Below are positions 38,731-52,048 of a stretch of DNA of 64,000 bases, piece after piece. A program made the translations under genes and the position numbers. A model generated the notes under the pieces. It had not been told where the DNA came from. It ran no database searches and worked only from the letters and a program-made list of their open reading frames with translations. Every line of letters starts with the position of its first letter. Positions within the stretch are counted from its first letter, which is position 1. Source of the DNA: Callorhinchus milii (taxonomy: Eukaryota); NCBI RefSeq assembly GCF_018977255.1, contig NW_024704743.1, positions 51,896,001 to 51,960,000 of the forward strand. The letters are read 5' to 3'.

Positions 38731-41700
38731 GCACTGTAGTTTGATATTGTGCCATGTCAGCTATCTGAAAGTCATTCAGGGACAAGTTGCATCATAGGCA
38801 TTCAGTTGAAGAGATAAACCATGGTGTTTGTCAATACTGGTCACAGTTCCAATTGAGCTTCTAACAGCACCCCAATGCTGGACACACAATGAGCACACGG
38901 CAGTGAACATGGCCCTGGAATAGATTGTATGGAGAGAGTTCCATGCTAATGATTTTCCCACACTGAAGAAAAAAAGGATTGTGGTGAAAAAAAAGATGAA
39001 CTGGCATGTAATCAATCACATGCAAAAGTACCCAAAGTCCAACTCCCTGTAGCTGGGTATGGTTTCCTTAATTCCAGGATATGTGAATAAGACAATTCTG
39101 CAAATAGCATTTGAAGGAAAATAACAGATAATTAGCACAAAAAGCACATTTAATGGATTCACATTTTAATGGATCTGCAAAAGCTTTCTTGAATTACAGA
39201 GAGCAATCATTTCTGTTCACTTACCTTAGAATTCACTAATCTGATATTCTTTCCAGTTAAGCTGGAACAGACTCTTTAGTTGAAAAGATTATTTGGTTCA
39301 GAACTGATTGAGGGGTGGGGGGTAGAGATGTGGGGGTCTGCATTTGCACAGGGAGGTGATTCTACTCCCTGACTTTTTAAGCTATGAACAATTTGTCAAA
39401 GGAATTTTCAGTACATTTCGATCGCATATTATCCTCCTAATTCCTGGTACAAAAAATATTTTTGATAAAGGTCTGATGCAGAACATTATAAAATAGAAAA
39501 AGAAAAATGTACTGAACCATATAACCTTCCTCCATTCATACCACTGTAATAAGAAACAAAAACAGGATTTTTTTTACTTTTAAGTTTGATGGAGTTGAGT
39601 GGATTAAATACTTTATTTTATTAAATGCAGGGCTAATTATATTAATAATACAAATCACTTTTTTTAATAAAGTGTACAGGTCAGTCTTCACTCATTCATC
39701 AAAAGAGTGGGGCAATATCTCAGACACAGGCAAATAGGGAATGAGATCAGAAGGACTTTAACAATAACTGGTAATGCCATTACAATAAGTGCTTCAATAA
39801 AAGCTTTACATCCTATATTAAACTATAATGTCATACATATGGTATCAGCTATGGGTAATAATAATAGGAGTCATAAAGAATAGCTGTGTGAACCTTTCAT
39901 ATTGCAGGGATTTGTTTTGATAAATCCAACTTGTCAAAAGCTAAAATAGATTTGTAAATCATTCACTGAGATTGGGGGTAGGAGAAATTAATGTATGATA
40001 AATATTCAGCACATATGGGTGTTGTTTAGCATAATGTTACTCAGAGAATTGCATGTATAGTACTGGATGTTTTGGGGAGATAGAGTACAAACATTTTGCA
40101 GCATTGCATTTTTACCAAACTGGATGTTGAGCTGCGAAATGGACCCAGTTCTGTGATCTGGTATCAAGACAGCCTGTTTACCTACTGCAAAGTCTCCTCA
40201 AGGTTAAGAGATGTTTAACATTTGGACGGTCTACAAAGTATTTTTTAATCAAAAGGCAGTTTGGAACAGCTTGAACTCTAGGGGGTACCCCCGCAGGAAT
40301 GGACAATGATCTATTCAATAGGTTACTATTCTTTCCAGTGCTTTCATTTCAAACTACCTGGGGTGGGGCAAGCATGAGCGCAGACTGATTTGGTCTCATT
40401 GCGAGGCCTGCAAGCATACCCTGTAACCACAGCCCCAGGCTTCTCTCTGTATTTGAACTGACATTAAATCTTGTGCTTATGACCCTTGACAGCAAACATT
40501 GTCAGTCAGTTATTTAACATACTTTCTTGAATTAAAAAGGCTTTGCTGTTTTTTTTCTCTCTCTCAGCTATTAGTCTTTATCCTGGTGGTTTACTTTAAG
40601 AATATTGAATGTTGTCAAAACTGGAACAATGGGACAATGTGTTTTGTATATAACCCAATAATGCGTTGATTAATTTCCTTTTATTCCCATTTTGTCACCA
40701 GCTAACCATCTTTTCCCCTTGTTTCACCAACGTCTTTAGTCTTATTGTAATGTATATGCATTCATGCACATGACATAATACAACTGTACAAGCCTTGCAA
40801 CGAAAATGATCTTTTATACCTGATAGAAAGGCCAATATGAGCACAGTGTTAGCTGTTATCTGGTAATGTACCTAATGATAGATCACAAAGCAGTTCTTGT
40901 TTCAGTAATTACTGCAGTATTAATCACCTTGTTTCATTTCTGCCACTATTTTCCACAAGTTCTCCAATAAAAATGGCATCGCTTAACTGGATTAAGTACA
41001 GTACATTAGCCTGGTTATTTCTGCCCACAATGTTCTTATTTACAGAAATTGTTATCGCATAATTACAGAAGGAAGAATCATTGAAACCAAAAGGCCAAAA
41101 TATTATTTAGTTAATCTAACAATCTATTGTATTCTACCCTGGAATAAATCACAAATTAATATTCAGAAATTAAGCTACATGAAAAGTGGATAAGAAATGG
41201 ACACATAATACATAATTATATAATATATGGAACATTTTTGATTAACGGTGTTCACTTTATTTGCAAATAATTTACATAATTTAGTCCAGAAATGACTCTG
41301 AAAGGCTTAGATGTCAATTAAGTAGCACATAAGTAGATTGTTGTCCCTGGCAACAGGATCAGAATGTTTGGGAAGCCCTAAATTCACATTTTTTTCCATT
41401 TCTTTTGTTTTCTGGTGGAAACAAAGTTATCCCTTCTTCCTAGTCCTATCCTTATTCTCTTGTTTCTGGATTGCATAGTGTCGCTCATGACACTGACACA
41501 GTCAACTACCCTCTATCTTATGTCCATCAAAGCATCCACGATCACAGACTGAACAGATGATATCTGCTTGACCTGTGTTTGACTTCTTCAAATAGATCAC
41601 TGAGTAGGTAAGGTGGATGTGGAATAGCTCAAGGAACCAATTCCAAGCTGGGTGGATAGAGGCCAGTATACATATATATATAATATATATATTCACCATA

Positions 41701-41739
41701 GATGTTCCTCCAGAATTAGCCAGCATGTACTGCAACTGA

Positions 41740-41990
41740 AGCAAGGCTAGTCAGACGGTTAGTGTCAGTTATTTCATCGTCCCCAAATGGAACGCCTTGA
41801 CCTTTGCGCAGCTCTGCACCCAGCAGCTCAGCCAGGCACTGACAAAACCCGCCCGGCTGAGATAAGCGGATTCAAGTGGCAGGCAGCTTTGCGACAAGAA
41901 CCCCTGACCCTTCTGTTTAGGAGGCAGATTGTCTACCACTTGTGCCAGTGGGACACCTGGAATCCTTATTTTGAGTGACAGTTAATTCAC
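41740..41990. promoter_or_regulatory. Candidate enhancer-like block
   Basis: Locally GC/CpG-rich unique sequence; NBRE-type TGACCTTT at 41798-41805 and AGATAA at 41860-41865. Confidence 0.35.
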
Positions 41991-42469
41991 CAACACCTAC
42001 AAAGATCCATAATTGTAATTTCAACGTGAATTAAATTTTGAAAGTCTTCTTCAGGAGTCTCTGCAGTGATAACCTTCCAGGATTTTCTTGCAGCGCTCAG
42101 GGTATATAGACATCTCCTATCATTGCATTATCAGGAAAACTGCTAACCTGTGAATTTGGAATGCTGAATGTTAAAGACTGGAATTAGAAGAATGCATGAA
42201 ATATATTTGTTCACGTACAACAATTTCTGAGGGGTGGGGTACAGGAAAAAATATAAACCTTATCATTTTATTTTTGTTATTATACCATAGAAAGGATTTG
42301 TTTTTTCCTTGTAAGGAACATTCATTTAAACAGACTCACAGTGAAGTGGTACTATCTCCCCAGTACCTTTGCAGGAAGTGTTTTATGTTAGGGAGAGATT
42401 TGTTACAATTCTTACTGAATTAGCCATGGTAATTGGCAATGATTATTTTTTCAACATATTGTGATTCAC

Positions 42470-42700
42470 GTTGCCAAACTGGGTAATAAATAATGTGCAG
42501 TTGGCTGCGCCATTGGTCATTTGCAGTTCTATCGCAGCCATCCTCCATTCAGTGTAGTTGCGAGGAGATAAATGTGATTTAAATTAATAGCCAGTCCTAA
42601 ATAACTCCTCAGCTGGTAAACGATGCATTTATCAGCCATAGACAGGCACTGTCCTTTGATTCATGGTCCCCCAACGACATGAAGGGTGCGAACAAAAATT
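42470..42700. promoter_or_regulatory. Candidate enhancer-like block
   Basis: Retained CpGs; TCF/LEF-type CCTTTGAT at 42653-42660; E-box CAGCTG next to the forkhead-like GTAAAC. Confidence 0.35.
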
Positions 42701-43599
42701 GTTATTACTTTTTAATAAAGTGAACCAGTCAGTCTTCAGTCATTTATCAGGAAATGTGGCATTCTGACATAGCACAATATCTCAGCGGCATATGAATGGG
42801 GAAATAGAGACACGGCGATTTAAAAAGAAATAACAGGCAATATAATTGAATTACATTTTCAAAAAAGAAGCATTTTAAAGAAGCTCATGTTGAACTGGAG
42901 AATACTAGGTCTCTTTTTTATTTATTATTTTTGGAATAAAGCTGGGGATGGGGAAGAAAGTAAAGTGAGATTTGAAGCAAGTTAACAGTCAGAATGTTAA
43001 GCCGTTCTGGAGAATACAACCACGTTTTATTAATCTGACATGTGCAATAATTGTATTTGCAATATCATCCTGACTACTTTCATTATTGGTAAAGCTGTTA
43101 CGTGCTGTTTATGAAGGTTAGTCTGAAAGAAGGGGGCAAGGCCGAAATCCAATTTCCTTGAATGGTGTCACAAATAGCAACATTCCCTAACTTTGTAATA
43201 GATTCCTGCATTCTCTGGCATTTAAAAGCTGCTGAAAAATTTGCAGGAAAAGATCAAGTACTTCTGTGGTGTGAGAGCCCTTTTGTTGCAGCTTCAACTT
43301 ACTATTATCCTGTGTAAAAAATGACCAATAACTGGAGAGGAGGATGGTGAACAAATTTCCATCACAATGTTTGACCTTGAATAGGTAGCGTTCCCACATT
43401 CATTAAAAACAATAAGTAAAGTGTGAATGTTTTCTTTTTTCAAAAGGGGGTAAATAAACGTGCTCTTTTCCAAAATGGCAAAAAAATGAGCTGCAGTATT
43501 GCTGAAAAAGTTAAACAAAAGGGAGTCATCATGTGCTCCAACAGCATTTAAAAAAACAGTCCAATTTAGTTTACAGGAAAATAAACCATGCAATCAATC

Positions 43600-44100
43600 C
43601 TCTTGTGTACAGGGCAGTGTTAAGCCCTATGCACAGGTAACAGTCAATCCATTAACCTTTGCTTTAGCTTAACCCATATGTCGCCTGCCTCAGATTCTTC
43701 CTTTTTGTTTTAATACCCTTTCCTTAATAGTTGCTCGCCTGTAACTGAAAAGGGCAGAGGCACTCTTGATGACATTGACTGCGCCATTGTAATAATAAGC
43801 TCCTTTTGCCTCACCGCGATGTCAGCAGCCATTTCAGGAGGTGATATAAAAGAGCTGTAAGCCAGGGGTCATGTTAAATTGTAACGCAAATGTTATTCCT
43901 TGATTATCCAGCTGGGTTAAATGTCAACTGCTCCAGGCTAAATCAGCTGGATGGAGAGTGTGTGTGAATGGGTGTGTATGTGAGAGAGAGAGAAAGGCAC
44001 GGACTAGGCCTTGTATCTGATTGAAATGTTGAAGCAGACACCAGCTCGCTTATGACTTTCTTATTTTTTTATAAATAATACGCACCTTATCAGCTGAAGG
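43600..44100. promoter_or_regulatory. Candidate enhancer-like block
   Basis: Repeat-free with CpGs retained; SOX-like CATTGT, TGTCA sites and CAGCTG E-boxes. Confidence 0.35.
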
Positions 44101-44183
44101 TCTGAACTCTGAGGTTGAATAAATAGTCATTTCCTTTACAATATTTGTATTAAAAAGCTTGAGGATTTGGCTCAACTTCATTT

Positions 44184-44566
44184 ATAATAATAATCCTTGC
44201 ATTTGATATAGCGCCTTATTATGTCTTCTAGAGGTTTCAAAGCACTTCACAAAATATACTGTAAAATGAATTGATTGTATGTTTTGTGGACGAAATGCGG
44301 CAGTCAATTGCACACAGCAGTGTCCCACAAACAGCCGTGGATTAAATGACCAAATTATTATTAATAATTAATTTGTTTTGAATGGGATTATTACCTCCGG
44401 AAAAGCGATCCACCAATCTACTAATAACCGTGTTCCTACTTACTGCTTGGTAAACAGAGGCGTTTGGAGTAAGGAAACGTGCCCAACGTTTCGCCCTGCC
44501 CAGGAATCAAACACAGGTCCTCTCGCTTATGAGGCGAATGCTCTAACCACTACGCTACAGGACTCC
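44184..44566 (-). mobile_element. SINE2-1_CM-like, long form, full length
   Basis: Reverse complement matches 32305-32679. Confidence 0.95.
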
Positions 44567-45419
44567 TCTGGTGTTAATTTCCACAAAGAGAGCATGTGTT
44601 AGTTATGCCTTCTTGGAAAATAAACACACACATAAAAGAGAAATAAATTCAATAAAGCTGCTTTCCAACCTTCCAATTGGAACAACAAGACGTGCATTGA
44701 CAAATCAGGGTAAGTTTGTGGCATTTCATAACCTTCGCTGGTGTTAATTGTTAACCTCTGGGTGGCAACACACCCCTCCGAGAAAATGGATTGTTCCTTT
44801 TCTAACCCAACCCTCCATCATTTTTTTTATTTTGGAGGGGGAAGGAGTTATATTGAAATGTAAGCCCTAGATTGACTTTCAAGGTTATTTTTTGTTTAAT
44901 GTTTATTTCATAGGGCTGATCTGATGAGGAGGGGTGAAATCCATACTCTCCTTGACCAAACATCAAGTACTCACTGGGTACAGGCCGAGCCAACTCAATT
45001 AGTAAAGATTTCTATTTGTTACGACACCTATTCTCGTTTCCTCCATAACATTAGGACACTGAAGCTTAATCCAGCATCTACAATGCCACCCAGGTGAAGT
45101 TCAGAACACACTGGCAAATCAAACCTGGATGTTTTTGTCTGTGAACCTCAGGATCATTTGAGATAATGTGCTATTTTTTTTCAAATTAGGATTGCATTTG
45201 TAGTAAATTTTGATTTTGGCTGTACTGTTGAGGGAATAGGAGGGGTAGGGGTTCGTGTGGAGTATAAATACTAGCATGGACTAGTTGAGCCAAATGACCC
45301 TTTCACATCGGGATGTGCTCCTGATGTGAAAGGCGCTTTACAAATCTAATTTTGTTGTTGTCGTTTCCTTGCCATATCACTCTGATTGTATAGTGGAACA
45401 AGTATGCTATTGGTCCTGT

Positions 45420-45953
45420 AGAGTCAGTTGTATAATCTGAGCACAGGACTCCAATACAAAGCAATTGCAGTGATTGAGAGGATACAAGAAGGGCAACTAA
45501 AATTATTGAGTGGATGGAGGGACTGGACTATGAGTTGCGATTAGGTAAACTAAGCATGTTCACACTGGAGAAGAGAAGGTTGAGAGGCAATATGATTACA
45601 GTCTTTAAGATTCTGAAGGGATTAGATAATGTAGACCATGATAAGCTGTTTTATCTTGTATTGAACAGAAGAACTGGAGGACTTGGCCTGTGATTGAAGG
45701 GGGGTAAATTCAGAACAAATCTGTGGAAAAAGTGAGCAAGTAGTAAACGTATGGAACAGGCTCCCTGGATAGACAGTGAAAGCAGAAAGTATTTTTGGTT
45801 CAAGAACAAATTAGATAGATTTCTGCTAGAAATTAATATCTTGGGATACAGTAAACAGTTTGAGACACATGTCAAGCGACTGCCAGGATGGTGGAAGGCG
45901 AACTAAATGGACCTTGTACTTCCTTCGCCTAGCAAATTCTTATGTTCTTATGT
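45420..45953 (+). mobile_element. CR1 LINE 3' end (ORF2 C-terminus and tail)
   Basis: Reads ..MEGLDYELRLGKLSMFTLEKRRLRGNMITVFKILKGLDNVD (CR1 motif LExRRLRGDL); ends in (ttcttatg)2. Confidence 0.92.
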
Positions 45954-47049
45954 GCACAATACTGTACAATTCCCCTTAACAGAAATGTTTATGTGTGGGT
46001 AGAGGGACAAGATGTGGTAAACTATAAAATTCTACACATTCTTCCACCCCCTCTCCAAGATTTGTTTTAAAAGAAACACATAAATGTCTCAGCACCTTGT
46101 CAATGCCTGGTGATTGGATTCAGCAGAACACCTTCAATTTATAGCACCTGATGGCATTATCAATATCGGTATGAAACTCGAGGCAGCTTTACTTTAAACT
46201 GCCCCTAATTTGGGCTTGTATTGTCCAAAGTCAGTATAAACAGGGCTTAATAGATAATAGGGATAGTTTCATGAAAGGATTTGGTTTTGGGCAAGCAGAG
46301 CCTCAACAAGTGGAATCTGTTGGATTTCCTGCAACCACAGCAGTATCAGTCCCTCAGTATTTTTCTCTGGGGCAGTGTATGTACTTGTCTGCTCAATAAG
46401 GCCTAATTGCAACTTCTACCTACAAACCTTCCATTATGTGATTTGCTTCTGGAAAAAAAAGTCTTGCAGGTGGGGCTGCCTTTCATGCCACTGCAACCAG
46501 GGATAATTTGTGGTATTATTACATGAACACGGAGGTGATGAGCCACTCTTTCAAAGTACTCAGGCAGCTGAGAGGGGAAAAAATGTTGTGGTAACAGCTT
46601 AATTTGCAGCAGCGAGCTGGAAAGGATTTAATGAAAAAGTCCAGCTTGATTGGCACCTGAATACCAGAAAGGAAAGGGTGGCCCCATGCAGATGATGGCT
46701 GGAATTGGCTGCCGTTGTGATTCTGGTGATTTTGCAGTGCAGAAGGGCTAGTATTTAACCCGTGGGTTCCACTCAGATCAAAGCCTGACCTAAGAATTCA
46801 ACAGAGTTTATCATTTCACCATCATAATGGAAGTACTGTATTGACCTTGTATCACATACTTGTTACAGGTTCTAGAGATTAGATAAGGCGCTTTGTAACG
46901 GAAGAAAATAAAATCTTTTAAAAATAATTGAATCAAATAAACCATTGATAATTAATAATAGAATTCACCATTTAAATGCGTTGTTGAGTAGCAATGGAAT
47001 TTTGTTTTCCAACAGTATCTCATATTTGTGCTGTTATCCTTTTAATAAT

Positions 47050-47465
47050 GATCCTTTTAATAATAGCCCTTGCATTTGATATAGTATCTTATCACGTTGC
47101 CGAGACCATCCAAATTAATTTACAGAGAATACTGTAAAGTGGATTGACTGTGCATTTTGTGGTTGAAATAATGCAGCCAGTTTGCACACAGAAATGTCTC
47201 ACAAACAGTCATGGAGTGAGTGACCAATTTTATTTGGGGGATTTGTTGGCCAGAACACCAAGAGAAACACTCTTCTATTTTCAAATTGTGCTATAGGATC
47301 TTTAATGTTCACCTGAACAGGCAGCCGGGACTTTGATTTAACGTCTCATCCGAAAGATTGCACCTCCAACAAAGCAACATGCTTCCAGCACTGCATTGGC
47401 GTGTCAGCTTAGACGATGTGATTCCAAGTTCTGATGTGGGGCTTGAACCGTCTTTCTGATCAGAA
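47050..47465 (-). mobile_element. Deu-domain SINE, near full length
   Basis: ggatctttaatgttcacctgaacaggcagcc..tttaacgtctcatccgaaag. Confidence 0.9.
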
Positions 47466-47819
47466 AGTTCTTTGGATGAAGAACTATTGCAAACCAGGCT
47501 GGGAACCATTCGAAGTGTCTGTCATTACACAGTAAACTATTTCACTGGGCTGCAGTTAGTGGTTATATCACTCATTTCTGCACATAAATTCACATGATAT
47601 CGGGCACCATGTGAAATTGGGTCCAAACAGCACCATTTATCAGCTCCTGATGCATTAATGTGACATTATAGATAAAAGGAAACCCAACTCTCCTCTCTGC
47701 AGCTTTTTTGCACCAGGTGACTTGTACTGGAAACCAACAGACACATTCCAGTGGAACCTCCATTGAAAGTACCTTGTGTTGATTATTTGCTGCTTTGAAT
47801 GTCTAGCTTACTGCGCTTT

Positions 47820-47945
47820 CAATCATTTTCTCCTTCCCACTCCCTCGGCTCCCACCTCCAGATCGGGTGCCCATCCAAGACTGTGAAGTGCTTTGAGATA
47901 TCCTCCTGACGTGAAAGGTGCTACGTAAGTGTAAATTACATTGTA
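47820..47945 (+). mobile_element. L2 3' tail
   Basis: ctgtgaagtgctttgagatatcctcctgacgtgaaaggtgct. Confidence 0.7.
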
Positions 47946-48092
47946 CTTGTATCGTAATGAAAGATTTCTGGCAATATTTTCTTGACAAACCATAAGTAAC
48001 TGAGTTTGCACATTACTGCAATTACCAGGGGCCCGAAGTCTTCCTAGTCTCAGCCTCAAAGACCATTCTGCTGTCACATTTAAATGCTGCAT

Positions 48093-48200
48093 AATTGTGG
48101 AAAACATTTTAAATTCAGCCTTAATTTGGAAGCCGTTTATCATCTTAAATAGAACCAGATTCAAAAGTTAGAGTGAATTTAAATCGTTTCCACTATTCTT
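48093..48200. mobile_element. Palindromic MITE-like element (copy 2)
   Basis: 48112-48133 is the exact reverse complement of 17294-17315; the element has self-complementary arms. Confidence 0.7.
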
Positions 48201-50254
48201 AAATTTTAAAGACAAAACAGTCTTGCAGGTTAAGAGTAAATAGAATGTAAAGTCTCTGAAGTGTAAAGTGCCTTCCTTCACCACCAATCACACTTGTGCT
48301 TTTACTCCTCCCAATTCAATATAACAGCCCAAATGTGCAAGCGGGATTCAAACACACAGTACTACAATGGCATGAAGTAAGTTGCCCATGTGTGGTAGGT
48401 TTGCATTGTATGGCATGCTCTTCAGAGTTAGAAGGGTATTTGTTTCACTAAACCAAATAGATGAGGAAACACTCACCTCTTTGTTAACCTGGTAAAATAA
48501 CAATATACATAAAGGATCTGATGAGTAATAGCAGTTTCTAAACGAGTGCGAAAGATCAATAATTCATGAGCACCATGGCACGGGTGAGTTATGACAGCCT
48601 TTAAAATGATTGAAGGAACACCTTGAATGCATCACTGGTGAGATCTTCCTTTTTTTCCCACCGATGGGTATCTCCAGCTAAAACCTCTTGTGCTCCTTTA
48701 CAAAAAATCAATCGGGAATCCTGGGCACTACAATTATTAAATTACGATTTACCCGGGTGAATTATCATTTCCGAGTAGGACAAGTCGGCATCATTCATCC
48801 ATACATTACCAGTCAGGCATGCAGAGAACCCAATCTCTTTTAACCCTGCCTTGTGGTATAGAAGAACCAGCCTGCAGAAGGATTTCTCTACTCACGAGTA
48901 GGCTGTGAACCTTTCCAAACAATGAACATCCCATTTACCTTCATCTATCTCAGTCAGATACTGACCAGATGTCTGCAACAGATTTTTTAAATGAGCTGCT
49001 AGGGGTGTAATCATTATGAACATTAGTGATTGATTATTCATGAACCGTAATCAATTAGTTACCAAATCATCATTACTATAATCCACCCCTTGTGCATTTG
49101 CTGTACTAAAGAGTCTGTATCGTATGTAAGATGTGAAGGACCCAAACAATGAAGGCATGCTGAGAGATGTAGCCAAGTCCACGCGTATGCAGCACCGATT
49201 AAACCAACTTCTCATTTTAGGGTTTGAAATGCAGCATTTGCAAAGCTGATGTCACTTCGCTATTGAAAAGAGTTTATGCCTGAAATAGTGATTTGTTACT
49301 AAATTCAATACCAAATTTTCTGAAATAAAAAAAATCACAAAATAATCATAATTTGTTAACTGACCCTTTCAGAGCTTTTCCAAGAACATAAATGGTCAAA
49401 AAGTAAAACCACAACTTCCAGTTTGCAAATACTGCATTTGTTACCAAGTTCTAGGTTATTTTTGGACACCCTGTACATAATATATACAACTATCCATTTT
49501 GATTTCAATTTGGACTATTGTATTTTTCTGAGAAAATCTAAGATACGATTTGTCGTTAATGATTTAGAATACGTTGTCAAGATTGAGGAACTTGTCAACC
49601 TTTGTCAAGTAATTCCCAATCCTGTTTGCTGATTCTAAAGCTTACTGATTGAAATTTAACAACTCGAATTTTTGCTCCATGTTATATTTTGTGGGATTAC
49701 CACCACCATCACTATTCCCACCCCAGTTATATTTTGTGGCTGGAAAGAAAGTAACACAAGACAGAATGTCATTAAGTAGAATCCAATACCTTGCTTGTAA
49801 GTATAATAGTTGTGTAGTGAATTCTGTTTACCAACAAGGCACCATTTGTTCAGTCGATCCTCGCTCTCTGCATGTAAAACTATTCCATTGTATTTTCTAT
49901 GAAGTGCACAGTAATAAAACAAATTAACCCACTGATATTTCCATCAGCGCTATCCATTTTTAGGATAACACTGACTCTTGCTTTGTTTTGATGACTCACA
50001 AATCTGTTTCCTATGAGCAAAGACCACAAGCTGTGCTACCAGCTTCACACATCCATTTGGACTGTAATGGCTTGACTTGATTCAAGCCAGCAGTAGCCGG
50101 CAAACATGCTCTTGGGCTGTGTCTCAACTCATCCAGGCAATATCCATTAAGGGCTAGAAACAGAGTGTTTCTGTAAATATTCAATGTCTAATCAGAGAGA
50201 AAAATCATTTGTACAATTAATGGTATCTAATTAAATATTTGCTCATAAATAAAA

Positions 50255-50600
50255 CACTACATAAAATCTGTTTTCCTACTCATTGATGTGGAGCATTACC
50301 TCCCAGTGTATTCCAGTTCAGGACTGTATTTTTTAATCATACTTGCAATTTAATCAATCAATCACTTTTAATCATTGCAATATTTTACAAACCAACTTAA
50401 TATTGAAAATTGAGCACATTGTTTATAAATATAGTTTGAATGACTCACAGGATATATATATTGGTGATAAATTTATGTGCTGTTGTGAAGTATAAATACA
50501 TTTCCACTTAATCCAGTCTCAAGCTGGAATACACTAGGAACTAATGTTGCACATCAGTAAGTAGTAAACAGCAGTAAACTAGTAATTTATTTATGTAGCA
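50255..50600. repeat. Imperfect inverted repeat, arms about 50255-50330 and 50505-50600
   Basis: Perfect core agtgtattccag (50305-50316) / ctggaatacact (50524-50535) with flanking similarity. Confidence 0.75.
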
Positions 50601-51269
50601 CTTATGTGCTACCCGTCATAGCATATGTATTCAAATCACTAATATTATAGTGTACCAGTGGATCCTACCCAAACATCCTTCTCAATCGTATCTGGTTAAC
50701 CTGATATCCAGCTAAATGATTGTCTGTGTGCCAGAAGTCCAATGTGTGATTTGGATAGTTTAGGTGCACCATTAGAATGGTGTGAGGACATTGGGAAGTT
50801 CAAAGAGCAGGGCAGAATAGCTGAAAGCTCACTCATCAAAATGGGGCTGATTTTCTTTGGTCAGACGGGTGTTTGACATGTGTGAAAACTGATTACGATG
50901 CTTAACAATATAAGGAACAGGAATCTTGGTTGTTTTTTCCCTTCTCTAACCCTGGAAAGGGAGGGCCCAATTTAGCCTCCCTATTGCAGCCCTGGCTGGG
51001 TCTAGCAAACTCATCTTTGATGAGCCCCAGAGCCCTGCCTGATTTTTCACCTCCTTCACCTTAGAACAATAAAGCAAACCAATTTTACCTCAGAACTGCT
51101 CATCTGATCTGAATGGTTCAGTACAATACTGAGCCTTTGTCAATCTAGCCAGTAAAAGAGCTCAACAATGTACTTTTAATTTCTATTGTTTCTTCTTTAA
51201 TGTTCCAGTATTATTTCTTCCCTCCACAACTTTCACAGTCTTCTTTGTGACTGTCATCAATAAAATACG

Positions 51270-51470
51270 CTAATACTTGCATCTTTCATGTCAGGAGAAC
51301 ATCTCAAAGTACTTCACAGGATACACTGTAAACTTTAGTGACTGCATTTTGTAGGCGGATGCACCTGCCAATTTGGCCCAGCAATGTCCCACAGATAGCC
51401 ATGAAGTGAATGACCAATTTTATCTGGGGGATAGCTAGCCAGTACACTGTGAGCAACTCCCTTCTCCTGG
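51270..51470 (-). mobile_element. Deu-type SINE 3' part
   Basis: Shared tail and body. Confidence 0.8.
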
Positions 51471-51730
51471 TGTCCTATTGTCCATGCAATTCTGAACAAA
51501 TAGGAGCACTACTGCAACAAAGAGCAATCCAGTCAATGTTTCTTCCCTCCAATAGATAAAAAGTTCAGGTACCTTGATGCATTGCATTCAGTGAGCAGCC
51601 TGAGAATACATCAAACTTGGACCGAGTCATCATTTGGCTTTGAGTTCAAACCCTCAGTTAGATGTTGGGTTCATTGCGTGAACTCTCAAGCCACCTTATT
51701 TCACAACACTGTCACACGTACTATTTACTA

Positions 51731-52048
51731 GGAGTCCTGTTACTCAGTAGTTAGAGCACTTGTCTCGCAAGCAAGAGCTGGATTCGATTCCCAAGGGCAA
51801 AACCTTGGGCAAGTTTCCTTACTCCACATGGATGATAATATTCCCTCAAGAAAAAAACAACAGTAAAATTGCTCATTTCAATCCATGACTGTTTGTGGGA
51901 CACTGTTGTGCGCAATTGGCTGCTGCATTTTGCCCACAAATATACAGTCAATTCACTTTACAATATATTCTGTGAAGCGTATTGAAACATCTAGAAGACG
52001 TGAAAAGCAGTATATCAAATGCAAGGATTATTGTTATATTATTATTAT
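51731..52048 (+). mobile_element. SINE2-1_CM-like, short form, full length
   Basis: Family match. Confidence 0.92.

Noticed and set aside
48511..48655. Hammerhead-like CTGATGA..GAAA
   Set aside because: Stem II is weak and stem I does not pair directly next to the core. Other CTGATGA sites (44921, and minus near 55205) also lack proper stems.
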